A DNA stretch of 64,000 nucleotides, from contig CANRMT010000001.1 of the NCBI GenBank assembly GCA_947631815.1, positions 3,401 to 67,400 on the forward strand. The letters run 5' to 3'. Position numbers and translations under genes: made by a program. Shown piece by piece: positions 9,607 to 18,590 of this stretch. Numbering within the stretch: the stretch's first letter is position 1; each line of letters opens with the position of its first letter. Origin of the DNA: an uncultured Eisenbergiella sp. Its GTDB lineage: Bacteria; Bacillota; Clostridia; Lachnospirales; Lachnospiraceae. Below the pieces are notes generated by a model. The model was not told the origin of the DNA, did not search any database, and saw nothing but the letters and a program-made list of their open reading frames with translations.

Positions 9607-10675
9607 GACTTCCATACCTCCGGGACAAATCTCTTTCCCCGCTCCGGGAATGTTTTTCTGCCGTACGGCCGAACCTCCGGGATTCCCCGGCGGATGCGCT
9701 TCCATAGCTCCCGGACCTGTCCGCTGACTGCCTGCGCGCGCCGCTCCTCTGCGACGCACTGCCCGGTCTGGCCTGACCCGTCCCGGACCTGTCCGCTGAC
9801 TGCCCGCGCACACCGCTCCTCTGCGACGCACTGCCCGGTCTGATCTGATCCGCCGCGGATCCGTCCGCTTTCTGCCCGTGCACCGATATGTCCGCCGCCG
9901 GTGTGCGAGGCTTTGCGTTCTCCCGCTTAGCCAGAGACGCCGCGGGACGCCTGCCGCCCCGTTCCACCTCCGCGTACAGCTCCTGCTTCTCGGCATTCGT
10001 GAGCGCGCGCACATCCCCCGGATTGAGCTTCCCGAGGAGGATATTGGCGACGCGGACCCGCTTGATGCTCACCACATCATAGCCGCAGGCGCGGCACATC
10101 CGGCGGATCTGCCGATTCAGTCCCTGAGTCAGCGTAATGCGGAACAGGAACTTTCCCTCCTCCTTCACGACGCAGGGCCTCGTGGTGACGTTCAGATCCT
10201 TCAGCGGGACACCGTCGGACATCTTTTTTAAGAATTCGCGGGATACCGCCTTATTCACCCGCACCAGATATTCCTTTTCATGATAATTAGCTGCCCGCAT
10301 CAGACCGTTGATGAGATCGCCGTCATTGGTCATCAGGAGCAGGCCCTCCGAATCCCGGTCCAGCCGCCCCGCGTAGGTGACGCGCACCGGATAATCCAGC
10401 ACATCCCGGATCGTGACCTGCGCATGGCGGTCCTTCTCGGTGCAGGTCACGCCCACCGGCTTGTAATAGGCCAGCACCACCTTCTTTTCCCGGCCCGCGA
10501 TCTCTCTGCCGTTCACGACGACCCTGTCCTGATCGCCGACGCGCATGCCGGGCACGGCGGGCTTTCCGTTGACCAGGACCTTCCCCTCTTCCACCAGCTT
10601 ATCCGCGTCCCGTCTGGAACAGACACCGCTCTCCGACAGATATTTATTCAGTCTCGATTTTTCCGTATTCGGCAT
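9551..10675 (-). CDS. rRNA pseudouridine synthase (RsuA/RluB/RluF family) with a long low-complexity C-terminal tail
   Basis: S4 domain RLNKYLSESGVCSRRDAD, catalytic GRLDRDSEGLLL, LTQGLNRQIRRMC. The tail overlaps the ligA start. Confidence 0.9.
   Translation of the reverse strand: MPNTEKSRLNKYLSESGVCSRRDADKLVEEGKVLVNGKPAVPGMRVGDQDRVVVNGREIAGREKKVVLAYYKPVGVTCTEKDRHAQVTIRDVLDYPVRVTYAGRLDRDSEGLLLMTNDGDLINGLMRAANYHEKEYLVRVNKAVSREFLKKMSDGVPLKDLNVTTRPCVVKEEGKFLFRITLTQGLNRQIRRMCRACGYDVVSIKRVRVANILLGKLNPGDVRALTNAEKQELYAEVERGGRRPAASLAKRENAKPRTPAADISVHGQKADGSAADQIRPGSASQRSGVRGQSADRSGTGQARPGSASQRSGARRQSADRSGSYGSASAGESRRFGRTAEKHSRSGERDLSRRYGSHERTGKNAGADRSSERGV
9711..9845. repeat. 72-bp (24-codon) direct duplication in the pseudouridine synthase tail
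   Basis: ccggacctgtccgctgactgcc...gcgacgcactgcccggtctg starts at 9711 and 9783; the peptide GSASQRSG(V/A)R(G/R)QSADRSG occurs twice. Confidence 0.85.
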
Positions 10676-10687
10676 GATCGCTCCCCC

Positions 10688-12124
10688 TTACCGATCCGCA
10701 TGCTTCTGATCGTTCAAAGCCGCTCCCGTCTGATCCTGCTCAGTCTGACCAGCCTCCATTCGCTTCAGTTTCCGCAGAAACGCCGCCAGAAACGGCAGCG
10801 ACACCGCCAGCGTACACAGATCCGCCAGCGGCTGCGCCAGCTGGACCCCCAGCACCCCGATCATGGGCGGCAGGGCCCAGATCAGCGGCAGAAAAAACAG
10901 CCCCTGTCTGCACAGGGCAAGGAAGGTCGCGCTTCCCGACTGCCCGGTGCTCTGCAGCGCCATGTTCGTGGTCGTGCTGATGCCGAACAGCGGCATGATC
11001 AGACACTGCGCCCGCAGGGCAAACGTGCCCAGGGCGATCACCTCCGGATCATCCCGCCGAAACGCCGTCAGGATCTGCGGAGACAGCCCATAGATGACGA
11101 CGCCCAGCACCAGCATCACGGCGGTCCCCACCGCGCATGTGATCCGGGTGGCGTCATAGACTCTTCGGTATTTCCTGGCGCCGTAGTTGAAGCCCGCCAC
11201 CGGCTGAAAGCCCTGTCCGTATCCCAGCATGGCGGAAAACATGAAAAACATGATCCTGCCCACGATGCTCATGGCGGCGACGGCAGCATCCCCGTAGACG
11301 GCGGCATTGACGTTCAGGCCGACGCTGGCAATGCTGGCCAGCCCCTGTCGGCACAGGGACGGCATGCCCCGCCAGAGAATGCTCCCGTATACGCCCGCCC
11401 TGCGCGACACGGCGGCGATGCGCAGGCGCACCTCGCTTTTGCCCATCAAAAAAAGCGTCAGCAGGATACAGAAGCTCACCGTCTGGCTCAGCGCTGTCGC
11501 GATGGCGGCCCCGGCCGTTCCCAGACGCAGCCCGAAAATGAAGATGGGATCCAGCACGATGTTAAGGATGCCGCCCGTGGTGATGCCGAGCATCCCCATC
11601 ACGGCCTTGCCCTGGTGGCGGAACAGATTGTTCATCACGAAGGAGGAACACATGATGGGCGCCGCCAGCAGAATATACTGTCCGTATGCCTTCGCATAGG
11701 GAAGGATCGTTTCCGTGGCCCCCAGGGCGCGCATCAGCGGCTCCACGAATACGGAACCGAACACTGCCAGCAGTCCGCCCAGCGCCAGCGCGGAAAAAAA
11801 GCCGGTGCTGGCCGCGCATTCCGCCTCCTTCTGCTCCCTGGCGCCCAGATGCAGGGCAACCAGCGTCCCCGCGCCCATGCCCAGCGTAAACCCGATGGCC
11901 TGTATGATCGCCATCAGCGAGAACACGATGCCGACGGCTCCCACCGCGCTGGTCCCCAGCTGGGACACGAAAAACGTGTCCGCCATATTGTAAAGCGCGG
12001 AAACCAGCATGCTGATGATGGTCGGCACCGCCAGACCGGTGACCAGCCTAAGCACCGGCGTCTGCGTCATTTTGATGTAATGCGCCTGTCGGCGCGCTTC
12101 CTCCTGCGTCATCGCAGTTTCCAT
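10688..12124 (-). CDS. MATE family efflux transporter
   Basis: LAVPTIISMLVSALYNMADTFFV, two hydrophobic halves, GQGFQPVAGFNYGA. Confidence 0.92.
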   Translation of the reverse strand: METAMTQEEARRQAHYIKMTQTPVLRLVTGLAVPTIISMLVSALYNMADTFFVSQLGTSAVGAVGIVFSLMAIIQAIGFTLGMGAGTLVALHLGAREQKEAECAASTGFFSALALGGLLAVFGSVFVEPLMRALGATETILPYAKAYGQYILLAAPIMCSSFVMNNLFRHQGKAVMGMLGITTGGILNIVLDPIFIFGLRLGTAGAAIATALSQTVSFCILLTLFLMGKSEVRLRIAAVSRRAGVYGSILWRGMPSLCRQGLASIASVGLNVNAAVYGDAAVAAMSIVGRIMFFMFSAMLGYGQGFQPVAGFNYGARKYRRVYDATRITCAVGTAVMLVLGVVIYGLSPQILTAFRRDDPEVIALGTFALRAQCLIMPLFGISTTTNMALQSTGQSGSATFLALCRQGLFFLPLIWALPPMIGVLGVQLAQPLADLCTLAVSLPFLAAFLRKLKRMEAGQTEQDQTGAALNDQKHADR

Positions 12125-12136
12125 AAAGCTCCCTTC

Positions 12137-12385
12137 CTAACGCTTTTTGGCGATGCTGTTCACCAGCCAGATCACGATGCAGGCGCCGATCACCGACACG
12201 ATGATGCTGCCGATGAATCCGCTTCCGGAGATCCCGATCAGGCCAAGGATCAGATTTCCCACAACGCCGCCTACGATGCCCAGCACGATATTCCGGACGA
12301 TGCCGCCCTCATTGTTCATGATCTTCCCGGCCAGCCATCCCGCGATGGCTCCCACGATCAGACTGCTGATCAGACCTAATCCCAT
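12137..12385 (-). CDS. GlsB/YeaQ/YmgE (transglycosylase-associated) small membrane protein
   Basis: 82 aa, LIVGAIAGWLAGKIM...NIVLGIVGGVVG...SIIVSVIGACIVIWL; SD aaggaggaaac. Confidence 0.88.
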   Translation of the reverse strand: MGLGLISSLIVGAIAGWLAGKIMNNEGGIVRNIVLGIVGGVVGNLILGLIGISGSGFIGSIIVSVIGACIVIWLVNSIAKKR

Positions 12386-12516
12386 AGCTGTTTCCTCCTT
12401 TGTTCCCGACGGTATGCCGCAGGCGCGCTTGTCACATGCGCATTGCCGCACGCGCACTGCCGCAGCGGCCGCACGCTCCTGTTTACGCTGTGCCGCCTCC
12501 GTCAGAGTCTACGCTC

Positions 12517-12545
12517 ATTATATCCTCTCCCACTGTTTATTTCAA
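12517..12545 (-). promoter_or_regulatory. Sigma-A promoter for the small membrane protein/MATE/ligA gene run
   Basis: TTGAAA-17 nt-TATAAT on the minus strand. Confidence 0.75.
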
Positions 12546-12606
12546 CCCAAACATTCTCCCCAGGCCGCTGTCCCATTCTCCCCCGGACGCTGTCCCGAAG
12601 GGACAG

Positions 12607-12641
12607 AAAAAGCTCCGTTTCACAGGCCCGTGAAACGGAGC
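12607..12641 (-). terminator. Intrinsic terminator after the ECF/ABC operon
   Basis: Perfect 12-bp stem gctccgtttcac/gtgaaacggagc followed by a T5 tract on the minus strand. Confidence 0.75.
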
Positions 12642-12701
12642 AGTTCGCTTTTCGCAAGATACGGAAAGACCGCAGGAGCGCCAGATGTCCCGCCCCGGCG
12701 T

Positions 12702-12807
12702 CCTTAAGCGGGCCACCAGCACCGGCGTATCCCGACCGTCCATCATTGGCGGCATGTAACCCATCCTGCGCCTTAAGCTGGCCGCCAGTACCGACGTATC
12801 CCTGCCG
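12702..12807. repeat. Degenerate 37-bp duplication of the permease 3' end
   Basis: ccttaagcgggccaccagcaccggcgtatcccgaccg (12702) vs ccttaagctggccgccagtaccgacgtatccctgccg (12771). Confidence 0.75.
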
Positions 12808-13867
12808 CGCAGGAAATGAGGAGCCACAGGACGACCCCCGCCGTCACCGGCATCGCCGCAGCACCCGTGGAGGCCGCAAGCATCATCGGGAACGGACTGC
12901 ACAGCCCCGCCAGACGGAACAGAACGCGCAGTCCCGCAAAGCCGAAGAGGACCGGGAATACATAGAAGGACGCGATCCCGCCCGCCAGACAGGCCAGCGC
13001 CGCCGAGAGCGAAAGAAAGCTCTGCCGCAGCTTTGCGGAGAAAAAGAGCGTGAGCGCGCACATCAGGCACATGCCGAACGCGCCCCAGGCGAGGTTGATC
13101 CCCCAGAGCTGTCCGTTCGTCAGGGAAGCAAAACCGATTCCCGCCCCGATCCCGCACAGGTTCGTGGCCCGCAGCCCGTCGGTGCCGTAGATCATGAAAT
13201 ACGCGCCGAGCAGGGTCCCGTTTGCCAGCAGATAGATCCCCTCCGCAAACGCCAGCGCGGCCGCGCACTTGGCAAAAGCCGTCTCCCGCACGCCTTTTGC
13301 ACAGGTTAAGAGCACCGGAGCGGTCAGAGCCTGATGCTCCTGCGCAAAAACGGGGGCCAGCGTGACCGCGATCAGCACCAACAGAAGCAGGTTCATGCTG
13401 AAAGCGGCCTCATACAGGAAATCCATGTTCTGCGTGTAACAGAAATACGACGGATTCCGCGCGATCCTCTCTTCCTCTGTCTCCAGCGCCTCCCCGGAAA
13501 GCATCCTCACAGTGCCGGGTGCCTCCCTGTTCCTGTAATCCGTCAGCAGATTCGTGGCGTAACGGCTCACCCAGTTTCCTTCCCTGCGGACAAGCTCGCC
13601 GTCCGTCTCATACCCGGCGATGCCGTAGGTGTCCAGGATCTTGAAGAGCTTTTCCGCCGTCAGCGGCCCTTCCCAGGCCCTGGCGATCTCCCGGTCCTTT
13701 CGGATCGCTTCCAGCCCTCTGTAACGCACGCCGTCCACCACCGTATCCTCTGCCGCCACAATGCTCTCCCACATCCATAGGGCCATGAAGGAGACGATCA
13801 CGGTCACGCCGATCCATACGATCCTCCTGCTCAGGATCTTTTGCAGTTCCACGATAAAAAGGTTCAT
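12773..13867 (-). CDS. ABC transporter permease (ABC-2-like)
   Basis: N-terminal TM helix, extracytoplasmic loop, several C-terminal TM helices, LAPVFAQEH motif; follows an ABC ATPase. Confidence 0.8.
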   Translation of the reverse strand: MNLFIVELQKILSRRIVWIGVTVIVSFMALWMWESIVAAEDTVVDGVRYRGLEAIRKDREIARAWEGPLTAEKLFKILDTYGIAGYETDGELVRREGNWVSRYATNLLTDYRNREAPGTVRMLSGEALETEEERIARNPSYFCYTQNMDFLYEAAFSMNLLLLVLIAVTLAPVFAQEHQALTAPVLLTCAKGVRETAFAKCAAALAFAEGIYLLANGTLLGAYFMIYGTDGLRATNLCGIGAGIGFASLTNGQLWGINLAWGAFGMCLMCALTLFFSAKLRQSFLSLSAALACLAGGIASFYVFPVLFGFAGLRVLFRLAGLCSPFPMMLAASTGAAAMPVTAGVVLWLLISCAAGIRRYWRPA

Positions 13868-13880
13868 GATCTCCTCCGTT

Positions 13881-14804
13881 TCATCCGCGCCGCCCCGCCG
13901 GAGCGTTCTGCGCTATGCCCTGTTTCTCTCTTCCGTTTTCCGCTTCCTGCATGAAAAACAGATAGGCGTCCTCCAGGTTCGGTTCGCAGGCCGCCGCGTC
14001 CGGCACCGGTTTTTCCGCCGAAACGATGCGCAGGCAGACCTGATCTCCCACCGTTTTCAGATTGCTCACCGGCCAGCGCTCCTCCAGCCGTCCGGCCCAG
14101 CCCTCGTCCACCAGACATTTCCACACATGCCCCCGCGCCTTCTGCATCACCTCCGCCGGTGTCCCGGAGGCTTTCAGTCTGCCGTCCTTCAGAAGCAGGA
14201 TCTCATCTGCGATGAATTCCACATCCTGCACGATATGGGTGGACAGCAGAACGATCCGATCCTTCCCCAGCGAGCTGATGATATTGCGGAAGCGGATGCG
14301 TTCCTTCGGGTCCAGGCCGGACGTGGGCTCATCCAGGATCAGCACGTCCGGATCGTTCAGGACCGCCTGCCCGATCCCGAGCCTGCGCAGCATCCCGCCC
14401 GAAAAGCTCCGAAGCTTCTGTTTCCTGACATCCGCAAGGCCCGTGAGCTCCCAGATCTCATCCAGCTTTTCCGGCAGGAGCCGGGGCGGGACCGCTTTCA
14501 GCCGGGCCAGATAGGTCAGATATCTTTCCGCGGTGAATTCCGGATAAAAGCCGAACTCCTGCGGCAGATACCCCAGGATCCGCCGGTAGCGCGCCCCCAT
14601 TTCTCCGATCCGCTCCCCCTGAAAGCGGATCTCGCCGCCATCCGGCGAAAGGAGCGAACAGAGCATCCTCATCAGCGTCGTCTTTCCCGCCCCATTGGCC
14701 CCCAGAAGTCCGTATACCCCTTCCGACAGCACATGATCAAAGGCGTCCACGGCGATCTTCGTTCCAAACCGTTTTGTGACGCGGTCCAGTTTCAATTCCA
14801 GCAT
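13881..14804 (-). CDS. ABC transporter ATP-binding protein
   Basis: Walker A GANGAGKTT, signature FSGGM, Walker B LILDEP, H-loop STH. Confidence 0.95.
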   Translation of the reverse strand: MLELKLDRVTKRFGTKIAVDAFDHVLSEGVYGLLGANGAGKTTLMRMLCSLLSPDGGEIRFQGERIGEMGARYRRILGYLPQEFGFYPEFTAERYLTYLARLKAVPPRLLPEKLDEIWELTGLADVRKQKLRSFSGGMLRRLGIGQAVLNDPDVLILDEPTSGLDPKERIRFRNIISSLGKDRIVLLSTHIVQDVEFIADEILLLKDGRLKASGTPAEVMQKARGHVWKCLVDEGWAGRLEERWPVSNLKTVGDQVCLRIVSAEKPVPDAAACEPNLEDAYLFFMQEAENGREKQGIAQNAPAGRRG

Positions 14805-15553
14805 ACGATCTCACCCTCCATCCTTCTGCATAATGACAGGATCTGCATGCCGCAGCATACAGCCGCCAGCACGAGGATCCCCGTCCAGACCGGCAGCCAT
14901 ATCCGGTCATAGATCTGCGGGAACACACACTGCGCACAGACGGAAAGCCCTGTAAAGGCCGCTCCCCCAAACCATGCGCGCCCCCGTCCCCTGCCGTTTC
15001 GGAAAACGGAGAGAAAGATCAGGTTGGACAGGAAAAAAGGAGTCAGCACATAGACCGCAAAGGCGAACATGCCGAAGCCGTGGGCCTTGGCGCGCAGACC
15101 GGACAGCGCCAGCACCAGGATCACGTCCGTGCCGCTCAGGCAGCACGCCCGCAGCAGCCAGAGCTGCGACAGGTTCAGATAACAGCTCTGCTCCAGTTCG
15201 GCCATCCTGTGAGAAAAATGTCCCGCCAGCTCCTGTACGGTGAGCAGTCCCGCCGCGGCCATGCACACGGAAAGCGCCGGGAACACCTGCCAGCCCTCCA
15301 GATCCGTATACCGCTCCAGCGCCCATTCCAGCAGAGGCAGCGCGCACAGCAGACAGAACTGAGCGGCCCACACCGCCGCCGGAATGCCGGACATCTGGGC
15401 CCTCAGCAGATCCGCCCAGCCGGGATCGTACCGGATTTCCTTTTCCCGCGCCGCCCGGAAGAGAGGCGCGATCGCCCTGTTCCGCCCGGCGGGATCAGGC
15501 CCCAGGCGCGCCCCGGCGCGCAGAAATGCCTCCCGCAGCTTTTTCTCTTTCAT
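14792..15553 (-). CDS. Multi-pass membrane protein, probable anti-sigma factor
   Basis: Short basic N-terminus then about 6 hydrophobic segments; lies between the ECF sigma and the ABC genes. Start ATG 15553 after SD aaggaggt. Confidence 0.65.
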   Translation of the reverse strand: MKEKKLREAFLRAGARLGPDPAGRNRAIAPLFRAAREKEIRYDPGWADLLRAQMSGIPAAVWAAQFCLLCALPLLEWALERYTDLEGWQVFPALSVCMAAAGLLTVQELAGHFSHRMAELEQSCYLNLSQLWLLRACCLSGTDVILVLALSGLRAKAHGFGMFAFAVYVLTPFFLSNLIFLSVFRNGRGRGRAWFGGAAFTGLSVCAQCVFPQIYDRIWLPVWTGILVLAAVCCGMQILSLCRRMEGEIVCWN

Positions 15554-15733
15554 AAAAACCTCCTTTTCTGTCGGGCTGCCGCAGCGGGCCGCTCCCCGGT
15601 TTCCCGGCACAGCTCCCCCCCTCGGCAGCGCCGGGCCGCTCCCTCGGTCTCACAGCACCTACGGCAACACTGAACAGCCTTCCCGGTTTCACATTGCGTC
15701 CTCACTCAGCAATGCCGGTGCGCCTCCCCGGTC

Positions 15734-16321
15734 TCACAGCACATCCTCACCCAGCAGCTCCCGCAGCTTTCGGCACCCCTGCCGCACCCGCGACTTCACC
15801 GTGGCGGCGGGAACTCCGGTCATCTTCCCGATCTCCCGGTATTTGCAGCCGTAATAATAGTGCAGCACAAGGGCCTCCCGCTGGAATTCCGGCAGCAGGA
15901 GCAGCGCGTCTTCCAGCAAAAGCCTGGTTTCCGTGCGGCCGCTGAAGGCGTCTGCCGTTCCTGTGTAAGCCGTATCCCTTCTTTCGCCCGGCGCCAAAAA
16001 ACCGCCGTCCTCTCCGAACGGCTCTCCCGCCTCCGGATCCGGCAGCGTCGTCTCGTTCCGGCGCTTCTTCTCCCGCCAGTGATCCCGGCAGACGTTCCGG
16101 GCCACGGTCAGCAGATAAGCGCGGGGCGAATCCTTGCTGTTCTCCGCATACTGGATAAAGCGGAGAAAGGTCTCCTGCGCCAGGTCATAGGCGGCCTGCG
16201 GGTCGCCGGTCTGGAAACGGCAGAACCGGTACACATCGTCGTAATGGCGGCTGACGATCTCTTCCAGATATTCCGTTCTCCCCTGCCTGACCAGACGCAT
16301 CAGGCGTTCGTCCTTCCCCAT
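15734..16321 (-). CDS. ECF (sigma-70 group 4) RNA polymerase sigma factor
   Basis: Region 2 DVYRFC...AAYDLAQETFLRF...YLLTVARNVCRDHWR; region 4 LPEFQREALVLHYYYGCKYREIG...TVKSRVRQG. Confidence 0.92.
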   Translation of the reverse strand: MGKDERLMRLVRQGRTEYLEEIVSRHYDDVYRFCRFQTGDPQAAYDLAQETFLRFIQYAENSKDSPRAYLLTVARNVCRDHWREKKRRNETTLPDPEAGEPFGEDGGFLAPGERRDTAYTGTADAFSGRTETRLLLEDALLLLPEFQREALVLHYYYGCKYREIGKMTGVPAATVKSRVRQGCRKLRELLGEDVL

Positions 16322-16397
16322 GCCGCAAGATCCTTTTCTTCGAACAGCAACCGCCATGCTCCGGCACGCGCCGCTTTGTTTCCGCCTTCATAACAGA

Positions 16398-16425
16398 TAA
16401 CCGTTTTCGCGCGGAAAAGGTTTTC
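16398..16425 (-). promoter_or_regulatory. Putative ECF-type (autoregulatory) promoter
   Basis: GAAAAC-16 nt-CGGTTA directly upstream of the sigma gene resembles the ECF AAC-N16-CGT pattern. Confidence 0.4.
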
Positions 16426-16443
16426 TATTTCCAAAATTTTTTT

Positions 16444-16481
16444 AAAAAGAAAGAAAAGCGGCGCAGCCAAAGCCGCGCCGC
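16444..16481 (-). terminator. Intrinsic terminator after the GH2 gene
   Basis: gcggcgcggc-tttg-gctgcgccgc stem followed by TTTTCTTTCTTTTT. Confidence 0.75.
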
Positions 16482-16505
16482 AGACAAGACCGTTTCCTGC
16501 GCTTT

Positions 16506-18257
16506 TTATCCCTCCGGTTCGATGGCCGCCTTCCGGCTGTTGATCCTCCGGATCACTTCCATATCGAACTTTGGCCTCCTGCCGTATGTATACAGGCCGT
16601 TCAGCTCCTGCTCCACATCATAGAGCTGCGTATAACAGAAGCCGAACATGCGGGGATTGTCCAGCAGCACATCCGTCAGCCGCCGGTAGCGCTCCAGATA
16701 CTCCGCTTCCGTCTCCGGCCCGCTGCCATATCCCCAGCCGTTCTCCTGGGCGCCTTCCGCGTCCCATTTGATGCCGCCGTATTCGCTGACGAAAACCGGC
16801 ACGCCCTCCGGCATGGTCTGACGTTTATGGTGCTCGTCCCAGGCCCTGCCGCCTTTGGCGAAATCCGCGTAATGCGCGGCGAAGACCTCCGGATCCTGCG
16901 CGTAGTCGTGCAGATCGTAGATGTCCGTCAGCACATGATAATTTCCGCTGGTATCGATGCAGGGCCGGGTGCTGTCATACCGCTTCGTCATCAGATAGAC
17001 GATCCGCAGCAGGTCGTCGTCCTGTTTTCTGCCCTCATAATCCCAGGTCTCGTTGAACGGACACCAGCCCACGATGGCCGGATGGTTGAAATCCCGCTCT
17101 ACTTCTTCCATCCACTCCGGCAGGAAGCGCTTCAGCCCGTCCGGACGGCTGAGATCCAGCCCCCAGTTTCCCTGTTCGCCCCAGACCAGATAGCCCAGCC
17201 TGTCGCAGTGATACAGGAAACGCTCCTCGAACACCTTCTGGTGCAGTCTGGCACCGTTGAACCCGGCGGCCAGAGACAGCCGGATATCCCGCTCCAGCGC
17301 CGCGTCGGAGGGCGCCGTATAGATGCCGTCGGGATAAAAGCCCTGATCCAGCACCAGCCGCTGAAAGACGGGCTTCCCGTTCAGCAGCACCTTCTGTCCG
17401 TCGATGCAGACCTCCCGCATGCCGAAATAGCTGTGCACGAGATCCTCTCCGAAGGAAAGCTCCAGATCGTACAGCCGTCCCGCTCCGGCCTCCCAGAGAT
17501 GCAGTTCGGAAAGCGGAAGGGTCAGGACCGCGTTCCCCGCCGCCGCTTCCGCCTCCGCGCTCCCGCAGAGCCTGCCCTCATAGAAGGCACTGGCCCGCAG
17601 GACGCCTCTGCCCGCCAGCCTGGCCTGCACCGTCAGCGTCCCCGCCGCAATATTGGGATAATACCGCGCCCCAACGATATACTCCTTCGGCACGAACTCC
17701 AGCCAGACCGTCTGCCAGATGCCTGTAGTGCGCGTATAGTCGCAGCCGTGGGAGGCATAGAGACTGCTCTGCTTGCCCTTGCACTGTTTCCCGCTCCGGG
17801 TATCGTCCCGGGCACAAACGGTGATCCGGTTCTCCCCTTCCACCGCATAGGGCGTGATATCCAGGGCAAAGGAGACATAGCCGCCCGTATGCCCTCCGGC
17901 CTCTTTTCCGTTGACCCACACCCGGCAGGCGTAGTCCACGGCCCCGAAATGCAAAAATACCTTTCCCCGCAGCCGCGCCGCATCCAGCGTCACCCTGCGC
18001 AGATACCAGACGGCCGGTATGAAATCCCGATAACCGATGCCGCTCAGCTCGCTCTCCGGGCAGAACGGAACGAGGATCTTCCGATCCAGCTCTTCCCTCT
18101 CATAAAACCGCCTGTCCGCGCCGCTGTCGGAAAAATCAAAGGCGAAGTCCCATTCCCCGTTCAGATTCTGCCAGCTCTCCCGGCGAAACTGCGGCTTCGG
18201 ATGCTCCGGCCGCGGCACGGCGGACGCCGCGCTCCATGTCTCTTTCATTTCATTCAT
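16506..18257 (-). CDS. GH2 beta-galactosidase/beta-glucuronidase-like
   Basis: PRPEHPKPQFRRESWQNLNGEWDF, LHFGAVDY, YTRTTGIWQTVWLE, LVLDQGFYPDG, NHPAIVGWCPFNETW, FVSEYGG. Confidence 0.92.
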   Translation of the reverse strand: MNEMKETWSAASAVPRPEHPKPQFRRESWQNLNGEWDFAFDFSDSGADRRFYEREELDRKILVPFCPESELSGIGYRDFIPAVWYLRRVTLDAARLRGKVFLHFGAVDYACRVWVNGKEAGGHTGGYVSFALDITPYAVEGENRITVCARDDTRSGKQCKGKQSSLYASHGCDYTRTTGIWQTVWLEFVPKEYIVGARYYPNIAAGTLTVQARLAGRGVLRASAFYEGRLCGSAEAEAAAGNAVLTLPLSELHLWEAGAGRLYDLELSFGEDLVHSYFGMREVCIDGQKVLLNGKPVFQRLVLDQGFYPDGIYTAPSDAALERDIRLSLAAGFNGARLHQKVFEERFLYHCDRLGYLVWGEQGNWGLDLSRPDGLKRFLPEWMEEVERDFNHPAIVGWCPFNETWDYEGRKQDDDLLRIVYLMTKRYDSTRPCIDTSGNYHVLTDIYDLHDYAQDPEVFAAHYADFAKGGRAWDEHHKRQTMPEGVPVFVSEYGGIKWDAEGAQENGWGYGSGPETEAEYLERYRRLTDVLLDNPRMFGFCYTQLYDVEQELNGLYTYGRRPKFDMEVIRRINSRKAAIEPEG

Positions 18258-18284
18258 ATGGATCCCCCTTCCGAAAAATAGTTT

Positions 18285-18590
18285 TTATACCAGAAAAAAT
18301 TCCGCCGCCAGCACGATCCCGCAGCACAGGACGGCCACCCGAAACAGGTCCGCGCCCAGCCAGGCCGCTATGACACCGGCGCACAGCGCCAGAAGGTCCG
18401 CCGCGGGGCTTTGGGTGGCGTGCAGGATCGCGGGAAACGTCATGACAGCCAGCGTCACATAAGGCACATAATATAAAAAGGAACGGATGAACCGGTTCCG
18501 GATCTGTCTGCGGATCAGCGTCAGGGGCAGCGCCCGGATGGCGAAGGACACGCCCGCCATGATCAGGATATAAAGGTAAGGATTGCGCAT
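18285..18590 (-). CDS. azlD: AzlD-like branched-chain amino acid exporter, small subunit
   Basis: ILIMAGVSFAIRALP...FLYYVPYVTLAVMTFP; TGATG overlap with azlC. Confidence 0.8.
   Translation of the reverse strand: MRNPYLYILIMAGVSFAIRALPLTLIRRQIRNRFIRSFLYYVPYVTLAVMTFPAILHATQSPAADLLALCAGVIAAWLGADLFRVAVLCCGIVLAAEFFLV

Noticed and set aside
12537-13268. 243-aa minus-strand ORF overlapping the permease end
   Set aside because: Alternative frame of the permease running through repeats and a terminator; no SD or motifs.
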